64,000 nucleotides of DNA from Octopus vulgaris (Eukaryota), in the NCBI GenBank assembly GCA_951406725.2, contig OX597818.1, positions 61,938,001 through 62,002,000 on the forward strand, written 5' to 3'. Positions 52,648 to 64,000 of the stretch are shown here, in pieces. The notes beneath the pieces are model-generated. The model had not been told where the DNA came from, ran no database searches, and worked only from the letters and a program-made list of their open reading frames with translations. Position 1 is the stretch's first letter. Every line of letters starts with the position of its first letter. Position numbers and translations under genes: made by a program.

Positions 52648-52725
52648 CATCATCATTCTCATTGTCATTACCACCATTACAAGTATCACTAACATAATTC
52701 CCTCAATCTGCCCTCGTAGCAAATG

Positions 52726-52763
<38 letters not shown>

Positions 52764-52791
52764 TATTATTATTATTATTATTATTATTAAC

Positions 52792-53008
52792 AAGGCGGCG
52801 AACTGGCAGAATCGTTAGCACGCCGGGAGAAATGCTTAGCGGTATTTCGCCTGCCGCTACGCTCTGTGTTCAAATTCCACCGAGATCGACTTTACCTTTC
52901 ATCCTTTTGGGGCCGATAAATTAAGTAAATTAAGTACTGAAGTCGATGTAATCGACTCATCCTCACCTATCCCCAAAATAGCTGCACTTGAGGCAAAATT
53001 TGAAACCA
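52792..53008 (+). mobile_element. SINE family B
   Basis: aaggcggcgaactggcagaatcgttagc head and gttcaaattcc B-box, flanked by (TTA)n. Confidence 0.8.
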
Positions 53009-53060
53009 TTGTTATTATTATTATTATTATTATTATTGTTATTATTATTGTTATTATTTA

Positions 53061-53450
53061 TTGCCTTTGCACCGCTTCTAACGCTGACGATGTACTACAG
53101 TGTTAGCTGTTCACTATCAGGGAACTAAGGTAACACCTCTTATTTTTCGAGCACCTTCCGGAGTATTCAAGCGTTTCCGAGCAGTGCTGTTTTCTGCAAG
53201 TGCTCCACCCTTATTGCAGCCCCTATTTGTTCCACGTACTACTCCAGATTTTTGCTCACTGTTCCCAGGGCTCCGACAATTATTGGTACTACTGCTACCT
53301 TTTTCATCGGCCACAACTGCTTAACTTCTCAAGCTAACCTGTCATATCTCTCGACTTTTCTTTCTTCCTTATCGCATATCTTGTCAGCTGCGCATGCTAT
53401 ATCTATGATCCAGCATAGTTTGTTTTCTTTCTCAATTAAGACTTCGCTGT
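53061..53450 (-). mobile_element. R4/Dong-type RLE domain and 3' end, third subfamily
   Basis: Minus strand reads LIEKENKLCWIIDIAC...KEERKVERYDRL..VKQLW...VVPIIVGALGTV...LQKTALLG..ILRKVLEK*, with a tail into (TAA)n. Confidence 0.8.
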
Positions 53451-53914
53451 CTCTATCTGTAAAGCACAGTGTGGTTGCTACGTGAGTTAGGTATGGAAGT
53501 TAGAGCGAGGCCATGATGGTATCGAAAAAAGCGAAGAAGAAGCAATACATGAGATCAGATGCATCAAGAAATGTGGCCAAACGCCAATTGAGTTGGTTGA
53601 CAATAAATACTTGTTCAACTTTTTTGCAGAAGCTGCAGTCTCCGATTACTGTCTGGCCGTTGGAATGTTTTCTGAGCAATAAACATATATACATATGTAT
53701 ACATACATAAATACATACATGCATACATACGTACGTACGTACATATGTGTGTGTGTGTATACACACATTCCCAAATATATATACAATATACATATGCATA
53801 TTGTACATCTATAACTATTTATCAATGTATATTTATACACACATATATACTTTGCATATATATATAAATGAATATATATAAATAAATTATATATATATAT
53901 ATATTTATATATAG

Positions 53915-53971
<57 letters not shown>

Positions 53972-54019
53972 TATATGAGCACTACCAACAACGGAAGCAT
54001 ATATATAGTGTGTGTGAGT

Positions 54020-54054
<35 letters not shown>

Positions 54055-54270
54055 AAAAAGAGAGAGGGGAGAATGAGAAAGAAAGAAGGAGAGAGAAAGA
54101 GGGAGAGAGAGATTGAGAGAAAGTAAGAGAGTGTACTTATGCATTAAATCAAAGACAGGAATTTATATTATCTTTAATTCTGAGGTTACAATTGTTTCAA
54201 GACAACAGAAGCGCATTTCGTGAGCATAAATATTAATACGAATACAAGAAATTCATAATATTTTCCTGTA

Positions 54271-54301
<31 letters not shown>

Positions 54302-54305
54302 ATAC

Positions 54306-54729
54306 GGGAGAGGTATGCAGTAATATGTAACTGGAAGATCCTTGAAGGAATTGTGCCATATTTTGGCATTGTAAGCTACACCAATGCTAGAACGGGACGA
54401 CACAGCATAGTGCCAAATATCCCGGCAATGCCACCACGCTTCAGGACCAGTTACTGCAACAGCCTGGGTTTCAAGGGCCCACAGCTTTTTAATATTCTCC
54501 CAAAGAGTCTGAGGAACTTGCACAAAGTAGATGTAGCGGTTTTTAAATCAAACCTGGACCTCTTCCTGTCGAGAGTCACAGGTGAACCTACCTCACGGCA
54601 AGAGGTGCAAATGAGGGTAGCTATATCAAACTCCATTCTTCACCAAATGCCACATATTAGAGGAGGCTCTTAGTAATAACAGTGTAGCACAAAATGGCGG
54701 TGCATCAGCATGGCCGCAGCTCTGAGCTG

Positions 54730-54730
<1 letters not shown>
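54306..54730 (+). mobile_element. CR1-group LINE 3' fragment
   Basis: NSLGFKGPQLFNILPKSLR...FKSNLDLFL parallels the C-terminus of the 1002-aa ORF2; tail ggcggtgcatcagcatggccgcag. Confidence 0.8.
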
Positions 54731-54767
<37 letters not shown>

Positions 54768-54769
<2 letters not shown>

Positions 54770-55362
54770 GAAAACAAAGCTGAACAGTTTGCATCCCAGA
54801 AGCCTACAACAGATACTCGGCATCTCATGGCAGGACAAAGGGATCAACACTGACGTCCTGACTCGTGCTGGCCTCCTTTCCATGTACACCTTGCTCAGAC
54901 AACGTCAACTACGCTGGCTAGGCCACGTTCACCGTATGGAGGACGACCGAATCCCAAAAGGCAATCTCTACGGAGAACTCGCAACAGGACAGAGAAGCAA
55001 GGACCGCCTGCCGCTGAGGTGCAAGGACGTGTGCAGGAGGGACATGAAGGCGCTCAACATTGGTATCAACTCCTGGGAGGACCTGGCAGCGGACCGCACC
55101 AGGTGGAAAAGCACACATCTCAAACAACTACGGATCGGCGAAGAGAAGCTGTCTGCTGCAGCTGCACAAAAGCGAGCCCGACGTAAGGGATCGACAGCCA
55201 ACAGACCAGAATCCACAAACAGATGCGATCTATGCGACCGAGACTGTTATTCTCGCATTGATCTCCATAGCCACAGGAGGCGCTGCTCAAGCCGAGCGGC
55301 CCAACCTAGACAATAAATGGATGGACGTGATACCCATGGTCAGCCATCACCGAAGGGGGCCC
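54768..55362 (+). mobile_element. RTE/BovB-type LINE 3' fragment
   Basis: LRWLGHVHRMEDDRIPK.LYGEL, DRTRW and a terminal CDLCDRDC...HRRRC zinc-finger-like motif. Confidence 0.85.
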
Positions 55363-55392
55363 TGGATATATATATATATATATCTATATCTA

Positions 55393-55442
<50 letters not shown>

Positions 55443-55554
55443 CATATATATATACATGTGAATAGATAGATAGATATATACATGTATATGTGTATGTGTT
55501 TATATGTACATAACCTTACCTTCTGGATACCAAAACCGCTCATATGAACGCGTG

Positions 55555-55745
55555 TGTATCGTTGGCGATTTTCCCCTCCGTCTTCCCTTCCTTGGATCTT
55601 TCCTTTTCCTATGTTTCTGACGAAGATCTCCGCTCGAAACTTTAAATCCTCCTTCTTTCTTTCCTGAACGTCCAATAACACTATACTTGCTCCACGTCCT
55701 CACGTTGCTGGGTTTTCTCTTTGTGTTTTCATGTTTCGATTAACT
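55555..55745 (+). mobile_element. Family E repeat with degenerate minimal hammerhead (55613-55647)
   Basis: gttt-CTGACGA-a-gatc-tcc-gctc-GAAAC-TTT-aaat; similar to 8767-8970. Confidence 0.65.
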
Positions 55746-56182
55746 ATATATATATATTTATATATATATGTAAATGACGCGTGATGGCAATGAGTGCTCA
55801 ACACGGCAATGGTGGATAGTCTTTCTTTATTTGTGTATTAAGGCTACCACTGGTTTCATGTGTATACATACATTTTTGTTAAGTGCCTGTGTGCATGTCT
55901 TCCGATTAAGTCACAAAAGGGATGCATTCAACATTTAGAATGTCATCGTATGTACAGCTTTTAAAATTGATCAGGATGAGTGGAGAGATAATCCCATAAA
56001 CGTCAGTCATTGATTTAATGTAATTATACTCTGTGACCAATCTGTTTCACCTGGGAACGTCGCATGGGATTTTAGGAACATTATTGATCCGATATAACGA
56101 GAAAATAAGAACAATTTCAAATAAAAAATTCTAAAATTTGAACACAGTTGTGTACTTAATGAAACAGATACTTATACATAAG

Positions 56183-56470
56183 TGGTCCTCCGTCGATTGC
56201 GACGACGAGCGTTTCAGTTAATCCGTGAAATTGACGTGCGAAATGGCTGAGAGCTCCACAGACACATGTACCCTTAATGTAGTTCACAGGGAGGTTTAGC
56301 GTGATACTCAATGTGACAAGGCCAGCCCTTTGAAATACAGCTGCTACTCATTTATACTAGCTGAGTAAAGCAACATAAATTAAAGGGTGTTACTCCAATA
56401 CGCCGTCAGGAATCGAACTCACGATCTTGCGTTCAAGAGCCGAATACCCTACCCAATAACCTGCGCGCTT
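56183..56470 (-). mobile_element. Diverged tRNA-derived SINE, third family
   Basis: Minus-strand head with B-box GAGTTCGATTCC; ends ...gtcgtcgcaatcgacggaggac, reminiscent of RTE-type tails. Confidence 0.6.
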
Positions 56471-56547
56471 TCACATATACACATATGAATACATTTATAT
56501 AATTCTATCTTTGTGTGAATGTATACATGTATGTATGTATGCATGTA

Positions 56548-56674
<127 letters not shown>

Positions 56675-57279
56675 CTCTCTCTCTATCTCTATCTCTCTAT
56701 CTGTCTGTCTGTCTGTCTGTCTATCCTTTTTTTTTCCTTTTACGATCCCTTTTGATCGAAAACCTACCCCACTTTTTTTTCTCCCCCAAAAGAAAAGCTC
56801 TACTTTGTAATTTGTCCCGTCTGTGTGCAGCCCTGTGTGGCTAATAAAGAAACATCTATCCGTCTGTCTGCGTGTCTGTCTAACTGTCTAAATGTCTAAC
56901 TGACTGACTGTCTACTTGTCTGTCTCTGTCCCTCTCTCTCTCTCTCTCTCTATCTCCTTCCACCCTCTCTTTCTCTCTATTTGCGAATATACACACATAC
57001 ACCCACGCATACGTTTCTGCGTATACGTACGTGCAGGTTACACACCGTGTATCAGCTGCGATGCTTTATTCGTTATCTGACCCGGGGTCTTCAGGTGTTA
57101 CCGATCTACATAATTAAACCACTTTCGTGCACTCAGGGACCCCACCGAGGTTACTTAAACCCGAACCGGTGACCCAACAGCGACGGTTCAGACAGCAGAC
57201 TTACTTGTTCTCATATCATACATTACATTAGATTAGAGTGTCATCTATTATAAATATAATGCAACATTATATCATGTTT

Positions 57280-57609
57280 AAATATTTACATATATGCATA
57301 CATACATACTCACACACACATATACATACATATATATGCGCATATACACGCACAGACATCTATCTATCTGTCTATCTCTCTGTCTGGCTGTTTTCTCTAC
57401 CTACCAATAAATACATGTATGTACTATATATATATATATATATATATACATACACACACACATACACACACATACACACACACACACACATATATGTACA
57501 TATATATGTGTGTATATATACATAGTTATGTATATGTATGTATGTGTGTATGTGTATATGTATAAACTTATATGTATGCATAAATACATGCATGTACTAT
57601 ATATATATG

Positions 57610-57642
<33 letters not shown>

Positions 57643-57762
57643 ATATATATGTATGTATATGTGTATATGTATAGTTATGTATATGTATGTGTGTACATGT
57701 ATGTGTATATGTATAAAATTATATGTATGTATATTTGTATATGGATATATATATATAATTAC

Positions 57763-57820
<58 letters not shown>

Positions 57821-57825
57821 ACATG

Positions 57826-57870
<45 letters not shown>

Positions 57871-58852
57871 TTAATTTTATATGTATACATACACGAACAC
57901 ACATATATATATATACATATACATATCAGAGAAAGAGAGAAAGAGTGAGCGAGGAGATGGAAAGCCATCGAGAAAGTATGGTTGGAGATAAGAGCGAAGG
58001 AGGAAGAGAGAATCTGTAGAAATGCCGTGAAAATATGGAAAGGAAACGAAGTAGGAGCGAAAGATGGCGAAGATGAGATGAGAGTCTCGTTGATGATTGT
58101 GTAGGATACGCCTGGAGGCTTGTTAAGAGATTCCCTTCTTTGGTTTATTTGATGTTATTTTAAGAAACAATAGATTATGTGATTGCAGAACGTATATATA
58201 AGTCAGAAGAGGAGTGGAGAAGCAGTGGTATGCGTAATAGCTGTGATGCCACCATGAATGCTTAGCTATCTCTGTTGGTTGGTTGGACTGACTGACTGTT
58301 TGTCGGTCGGTCGGTCACGGTGAACAGATTCTTCACACACACACGGCTCTGTGTGTAGGCTGGGGTTAGCTGAGTGCATATGCTGACTGACATGTGGAGG
58401 TGGCATGCACGTATATATACATACATACATACATATATATATATGTATATATGTATGAATGAATGCGTGTATGCAGCTATGCATGCGTGTATATGCGGTT
58501 GTTTGTGTGAATGGGCGTGTGCGCACGTATATGTATGTATGTATGTATGTGTGTGTGTGTACATATTTATATATACATATATGTACACATATGTATACAC
58601 ACACATATAAAGACATATATATATACTTGTGTATACGTAAATATATATATATATACATAATACATATGTACATATACATATATGTATATATATATATATA
58701 CACATATATACACACATATATATATACATATATACATATATATACACATATATACAGATACACACATATATATTCACACATATACACATATATATATAGA
58801 TATATATATAGATATACATTCACACACACGTATATGTATATATATATATATG

Positions 58853-58895
<43 letters not shown>

Positions 58896-59207
58896 ATGTA
58901 TGTATATCACACACATAAACATACATAGATACGCAAACTACACAAGGAATATGCGGCCAACCTGTTGGTCGCATGTGTGTGTAAGTATGTGTGTATGTGT
59001 GTGCGTGCGCTCGCTCACACGCACACACACACACACACACTCATACACACACACACACTCATACACAAGCGTATACACAGAAGCACACGCATGCAACGCT
59101 ACAGTTCGATGATTGCCAGCTGATGCTCTGATCAATCATGCGTTCGTTAGGGCAATATATCGATAAAGCTGCCCCAGCCATCATCATCATCATCATCGTC
59201 GTCGTCG

Positions 59208-59304
<97 letters not shown>

Positions 59305-59449
59305 TACCACCACCACCACCACCACCACCACCACCACCACCAGCATCGTCATCATCATCATCCAGCCAGACTCCCTGCTTTCTGCAGATAACTCACTGAT
59401 TGACCATTCGATTATTCCACACGCTTTTAAAGCTAATAATGTCTTCTTT

Positions 59450-59503
<54 letters not shown>

Positions 59504-60100
59504 AGTCACACACAACAAACACACGCACAAACACATATACACGTACGCACATAAACGCATACACACAAAGAATAAGAATCACATACACTCACTGTTACAC
59601 ACACATAGAAGTAGCGACAGACAGACAGACACACACACATACACACACAGGGACATACGTATACAGCTCCACTACACTCACGCATGCGCATAACCCCTAC
59701 GCATAAACCGACGCACGCTGTGATAGAGACGAACGCCCCGGAACACACATACACACTCATATGCACATACGCATACACACGTAAAAAGCACACAGGCACA
59801 AGCGTGGCTGAGTGGTAAGATGACTGCTTTCCAACCACATGGTTCCGGGTTCAGCCCCACTGCTTGGCCCATCGGACAGGTGTCTTATCACACACTCAAA
59901 TGGCACACAGTCTCACTCACACACACACACACACACACACGCTCACACACAGAAACCGAGACACAAGCACACAGATATACACAAACATGTATATGTGTGC
60001 TCACACCCACATGCGCACTGATGTTCACATATACACATGTATACACACAGACACGCACACGGACAGATAGATGCATACACAAACATACACATTCACACAT
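57280..60100. repeat. Extended (TA)/(CA)/(TG)/(CAT) low-complexity region
   Basis: Visible directly; includes short unique islands and a SINE A head at about 59800-59890. Confidence 0.85.
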
Positions 60101-60102
60101 TT

Positions 60103-60925
60103 GAGTGGGTAGCCAAAAGTAACCGGAAACGACTTCTGCGGGTTAAACCCGTTCTAGTTTAGGCTTCCGCCTCTAGAAGCCACTTGATGCAATCCTCAGG
60201 CATCAGTCTGCTGACCGGCATCGTCGGGTGAGGTCGTGCTGTCACGTGGTGCGTCTTTGTCTTGCGGCACTTCCTTGCTATTCGTCGATGTTTGCGAAGA
60301 AACTGCGTGTTTCTGTGATATTCTGTTTTCTGCTATAGTAAACAGCGGCTGTAATAGTTGCCATGTTTCAAACAGCTTACAAGGACGCTGCAATGAGCAA
60401 AACAAGTTCACGAGTAGTTTCCATGCTTTAGGAATGGCCACTTGTCACTTGAAGACCAACCTTGTTTAGGACGACCGTCGAACTTACTAACGAATGAAAA
60501 CATGAGAATTCATGAGCAGATCTTAGAGGACCGTCGTCGAGTTGATCTTAGAGGATCGTCGTAGAGCAATTGACGAATTTGTTATGGTTGGTGTATCCTG
60601 GAGCCCCTGCCAACGAATTTTGAGCAAGGAATTGCGAAGGAAAAGAGTAGCAACTAAATCTATGCCTCGCTTGATCACGGAAGATGAAAAGCAATCATGA
60701 CTGAATGAGTGTCGTGAACTGAAAGAAGAGTCGGAAATTGATCCGAACATTTTTTCGAAGGTCATCAATATTGACGAAAGCTGGCGCTACGGAATTCGAA
60801 GATGTGGAAGAGGTGAAGAAAAAGGAATGACGTAGGCGTTAAAAAGCATCACTTCGCAAGAATTCCAGCACTGCTTCGAATAGTGGAAAAAGGCGCCTGG
60901 ACCGATGCATTGCTTCAAACGGTCC
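60103..60925 (+). mobile_element. Decayed mariner transposon
   Basis: GVSWSPCQRILSKELRRKRVATKSMPRLITEDEKQ...IFSKVINIDESWRYG, then FEDVEEVKKK and FQHCFE*W...DRCIASNG; stops and internal deletions. Confidence 0.8.
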
Positions 60926-60954
60926 TCATGGGATTACATTTCAAAATGTAACCA

Positions 60955-61148
60955 CATGGGAATCGCTGGCGATTTTTCCCCCTCTGTCTTCCTTTTCTAT
61001 TGGACTTTTCTCTGTTCCTGAAGAAGAGCTTTGCTCGAAACGTTATACCATCTTTCTTTCCCTGAGTGTGTGCTAATACTTTACATGTACCACGTCCTTA
61101 AAGTGTTGTTTTTTTTTTTGTGCTTGTTCTTCGTATTTTTTATTTACT
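60955..61148 (+). mobile_element. Family E repeat with minimal hammerhead (61014-61048)
   Basis: CTGAAGA-a-gagc-ttt-gctc-GAAAC-GTT; followed by (TA)n. Confidence 0.65.
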
Positions 61149-61171
61149 ATATATATATATATATATATATA

Positions 61172-61765
61172 TGTTTGTGTGTCTGTGTTTTCCCCTTCAC
61201 CATCGCTTGACGATAGATGTTAGTGTGTTTACGTTCCTGCAAATTAGCGGATCGGCAAAAAAAGACCGAGGGAATAAGTACCAGGCTTACAAAGAATAAG
61301 GCCTGGGTTCGATTTGTTCGACTTAAGGCGGTGCTCCAGCATGGCTGAAGTCAAATGACTGGAACAAATAAAAGAATAAAAAGAATATATATATACATAT
61401 GTCTTTGTGTCTGTATCTATCCTCCACCACCGCTTGGCGACCGGTGTTGGTGCGTTTACGTCTGCGAGAGGACAAACAAGGACAGACAAACGGATTAAGT
61501 CGATTATATCGACTCCTGTGCGTAGCTGGTACTTATTTATTCGACCCCGAAAGGATGAAAGGCAAAGTCGACCTCGGCGGAATTTGAACTCAGAACGTAG
61601 CGGCATGCTAACGTTTCTGCCAACTCGCCGCCTCAACAGAATAAGTACCGGGCTTAAAAAAAAAACACAAAAGAAATAAATCCCGGGGTCGTTTCGTTCG
61701 AATAAAATTCTTCATGGCGGTGCCCCAGCATGGCCACAGTCCAGTGACTGAAACAAATAAACAAA
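61172..61765. mobile_element. Nested SINE A 3' parts (+) and SINE B (-, 61466-61633)
   Basis: Similarity to other copies in the window. Confidence 0.75.
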
Positions 61766-62412
61766 GACGCCATTGTTATTTGTCAGTCACATTTACTTTT
61801 CAAGTTAAACATTTGGAAAACTTTTATCGGGAAAATGGATAACGGAGCTGGATGATAAAACAAAGACATCTTAGCTGCTATATGAAACTCTCTGCATCAC
61901 GTGTGAAGAGGTTTGCTCCGGTATTAGACATAACTAAATAACTTATGTCTGACATTTATTCAGCAAAGCTAAACGACCAAAAGGCGAGATGACAACTGCG
62001 ATTGAAGTATAATTTACTGGGATATTTGTAGGTTTCGCTAAATATTTATTGAAAGTGATTCTAAAGTGGTTTTATAGGAAAACCTGGTTTTGTGCACGTA
62101 AATGCAATATATACAGGAAGCTACTCAGAAATTATATATAGTAACTCTAAACTGACCTTGAATCAGAAATAAATGAAATATACTCGGTATGAAAAGAAAT
62201 ATTGTACAAAACAAATATGGCGTAAAAACTGTACAAAGCAAAGACACAGAATAAGTAATAAAAAGGAATGAATTCCTATAAATGTAATATTGACTGAACA
62301 ACGAGTAAATTAGGATAGTATGAGGTGCAGTGGTGGCTTATAGGAGAAGTTGGCTTCACAAACCGCATGGTTCCGGGTTCAGTCCTACTGTGTGGCAAAT
62401 TGGGGAAAGTAT

Positions 62413-62543
62413 ACAGTTCTATATTTAACCACTACGCCATATGCCCACGGGGGTATGGCGCAGTGGTTAAGAGCGCGGGCTACTGTACCCAAGATTCCGA
62501 GTTCGATTCCAGCCAATGACCTGAATAATAACAATAATAATAA

Positions 62544-62600
<57 letters not shown>

Positions 62601-62816
62601 TACTACTACTACTACTACTACTATAACTACTACTACTACTACTAATAATAATAATAACAATAACATTGAAAAATACCTTAGGAATGAGAATCCAGGTTCG
62701 AAATTTCCCCAAGACACCTGACGAAGGCTGGAGGGTATATCAACTGAAACGTTGTGTTAACAACAAACAAGATGAGGACAAATATCCATCAAATGTAAAT
62801 AATGTAAATAATGTAC
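62413..62816 (+). mobile_element. Family D: tRNA-like head + (AAT/ACT)n + hammerhead, bounded by a target-site duplication
   Basis: A-box TGGCGCAGTGG, B-box GAGTTCGATTCC, hammerhead at 62713-62758, flanks attggggaaagtat and attggggaagtat. Confidence 0.75.
62713..62758 (+). ncRNA. Minimal type I hammerhead motif (family D)
   Basis: gacac-CTGACGA-a-ggctgg...tcaact-GAAAC-GTT-gtgtt; differs from the 6042 copy at the variable N7 core position and one stem II base. Confidence 0.7.
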
Positions 62817-62917
62817 ATTGGGGAAGTATCTTCTACTATAACCACAGGCCGACAAAAGCCTTGTTAATGGATTTCGTAGACGGAGACTGAAGACAGCCTG
62901 TTGCGCACATACATACA

Positions 62918-62953
<36 letters not shown>

Positions 62954-63021
62954 TAAAAAATGCCCTGGTAACTATTTATTTATTTTTCCGTGTTAATTGT
63001 TAACAAGGTAAAAATACACTC

Positions 63022-63062
<41 letters not shown>

Positions 63063-63439
63063 CATATATATATGTATACTTATATATATATATTTGCATG
63101 TGTGTATTATGTATGTATGTATTATGTATGTATGTATGTATGTATGTATGTATGTATGTATGTATGTATGTATGTATGTATCTATCTATCTATCTATATT
63201 ATATATATATTTATTTATATTTATATATATGTATGTGTGCATGTGTGTGTCTTTGTTTCTGTGTTTGTCCCCCACCACCGTTTACGCTCTCATAACTTAG
63301 GAGTTCGGCAAAAGAGACCGATAGAATAAGTACTAGGATAAGTCCTGGAGTTGGTTCATTCGACTAAAAGTTCTTCTAGGTGGTGCTCCAGTATGGCCGC
63401 AGTCTAATGACTAAAACGATTAAAAAAGATATATTCTTT

Positions 63440-63830
63440 TATTCTTACATTCTTTTACTTGTTTCAGTCATTTGACTGTGGCCATTTTGGAGCACTGACT
63501 TTTAGTCGAAGAAATCGACCCCCCGATTTATTCTTTGTAAGCCTGGTACTTATTCTATCGGACTCTTTTACCGAGCCGCTAAGTAACAGGGTCGTAAACA
63601 TACCAACATTGGCTGTAAAACGATGGTGGAGGAACAAACACAGACATAAACACACACATGTATATACGACGGGCTTCTTTCAGTTTCCGTCTACCAAATC
63701 CGCTCACAAGGCTTTGATCTGGCCGAGGCTATGGTGAAAGACACTTGCCCAAGGTACAACGCAGTGGGACTGAACCCGGAACGATGTGGTTGGTAAGCAA
63801 GCTTCTTACCACACAGCCATGCCTGCGCCT
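63440..63830 (-). mobile_element. SINE family A, full length
   Basis: Reverse complement of the family A consensus; tail-to-tail with the preceding copy. Confidence 0.85.
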
Positions 63831-64000
63831 GAAAGAAAAATAATTGAATGTATTCTAACAGAAAACCGATATTTTATAGGCCACATGGCAAGCAGCAAAA
63901 TAAAATAATTGCAAAAAAAATTATCACGAAGGTTTGTTTAATCATCTGTACAAGCAGCCAGGTCATCTTCTCCAGTCGCTGGCAAACCAACATTGTCAAA

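Larger units (their letters stand above)
62325..63430 (+). mobile_element. SINE family A interrupted by a family D element
   Basis: Head at 62325-62412 resumes at 62817; tail at about 63300-63430. Confidence 0.75.

Noticed and set aside
62450-62520. Functional tRNA gene
   Set aside because: A and B boxes are present but no complete acceptor stem is evident, and the sequence is embedded in a TSD-bounded repeat; treated as a SINE head.

Overview
AT-rich, repeat-dense eukaryotic DNA. The SINE, microsatellite and LINE content resembles a cephalopod (octopus-like) genome, which is an inference. No host gene can be called with confidence, and most listed ORFs are microsatellite or satellite artefacts. 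Main contents: (1) an intact 1002-aa CR1-group LINE ORF2 inserted in (TA)n; (2) a ~27-kb 77-bp satellite with higher-order structure and a longer ancestral-looking unit at its right end; (3) many SINEs and fragments of R4/Dong, RTE, L1/Tx1, CR1 and mariner elements, plus a MITE; (4) an unexpected set of hammerhead-ribozyme (HHR) motifs from four unrelated repeat families. The HHR set includes a near-identical tandem array of 534-bp non-coding monomers (9031-11910, plus an inverted copy to 12261), each with a complete type I hammerhead, resembling a retrozyme or Penelope-type repeat. It also includes a TSD-bounded ~400-bp element (62413-62816) that joins a tRNA-like Pol III head to a hammerhead. 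All structures were read by eye and none is tested.
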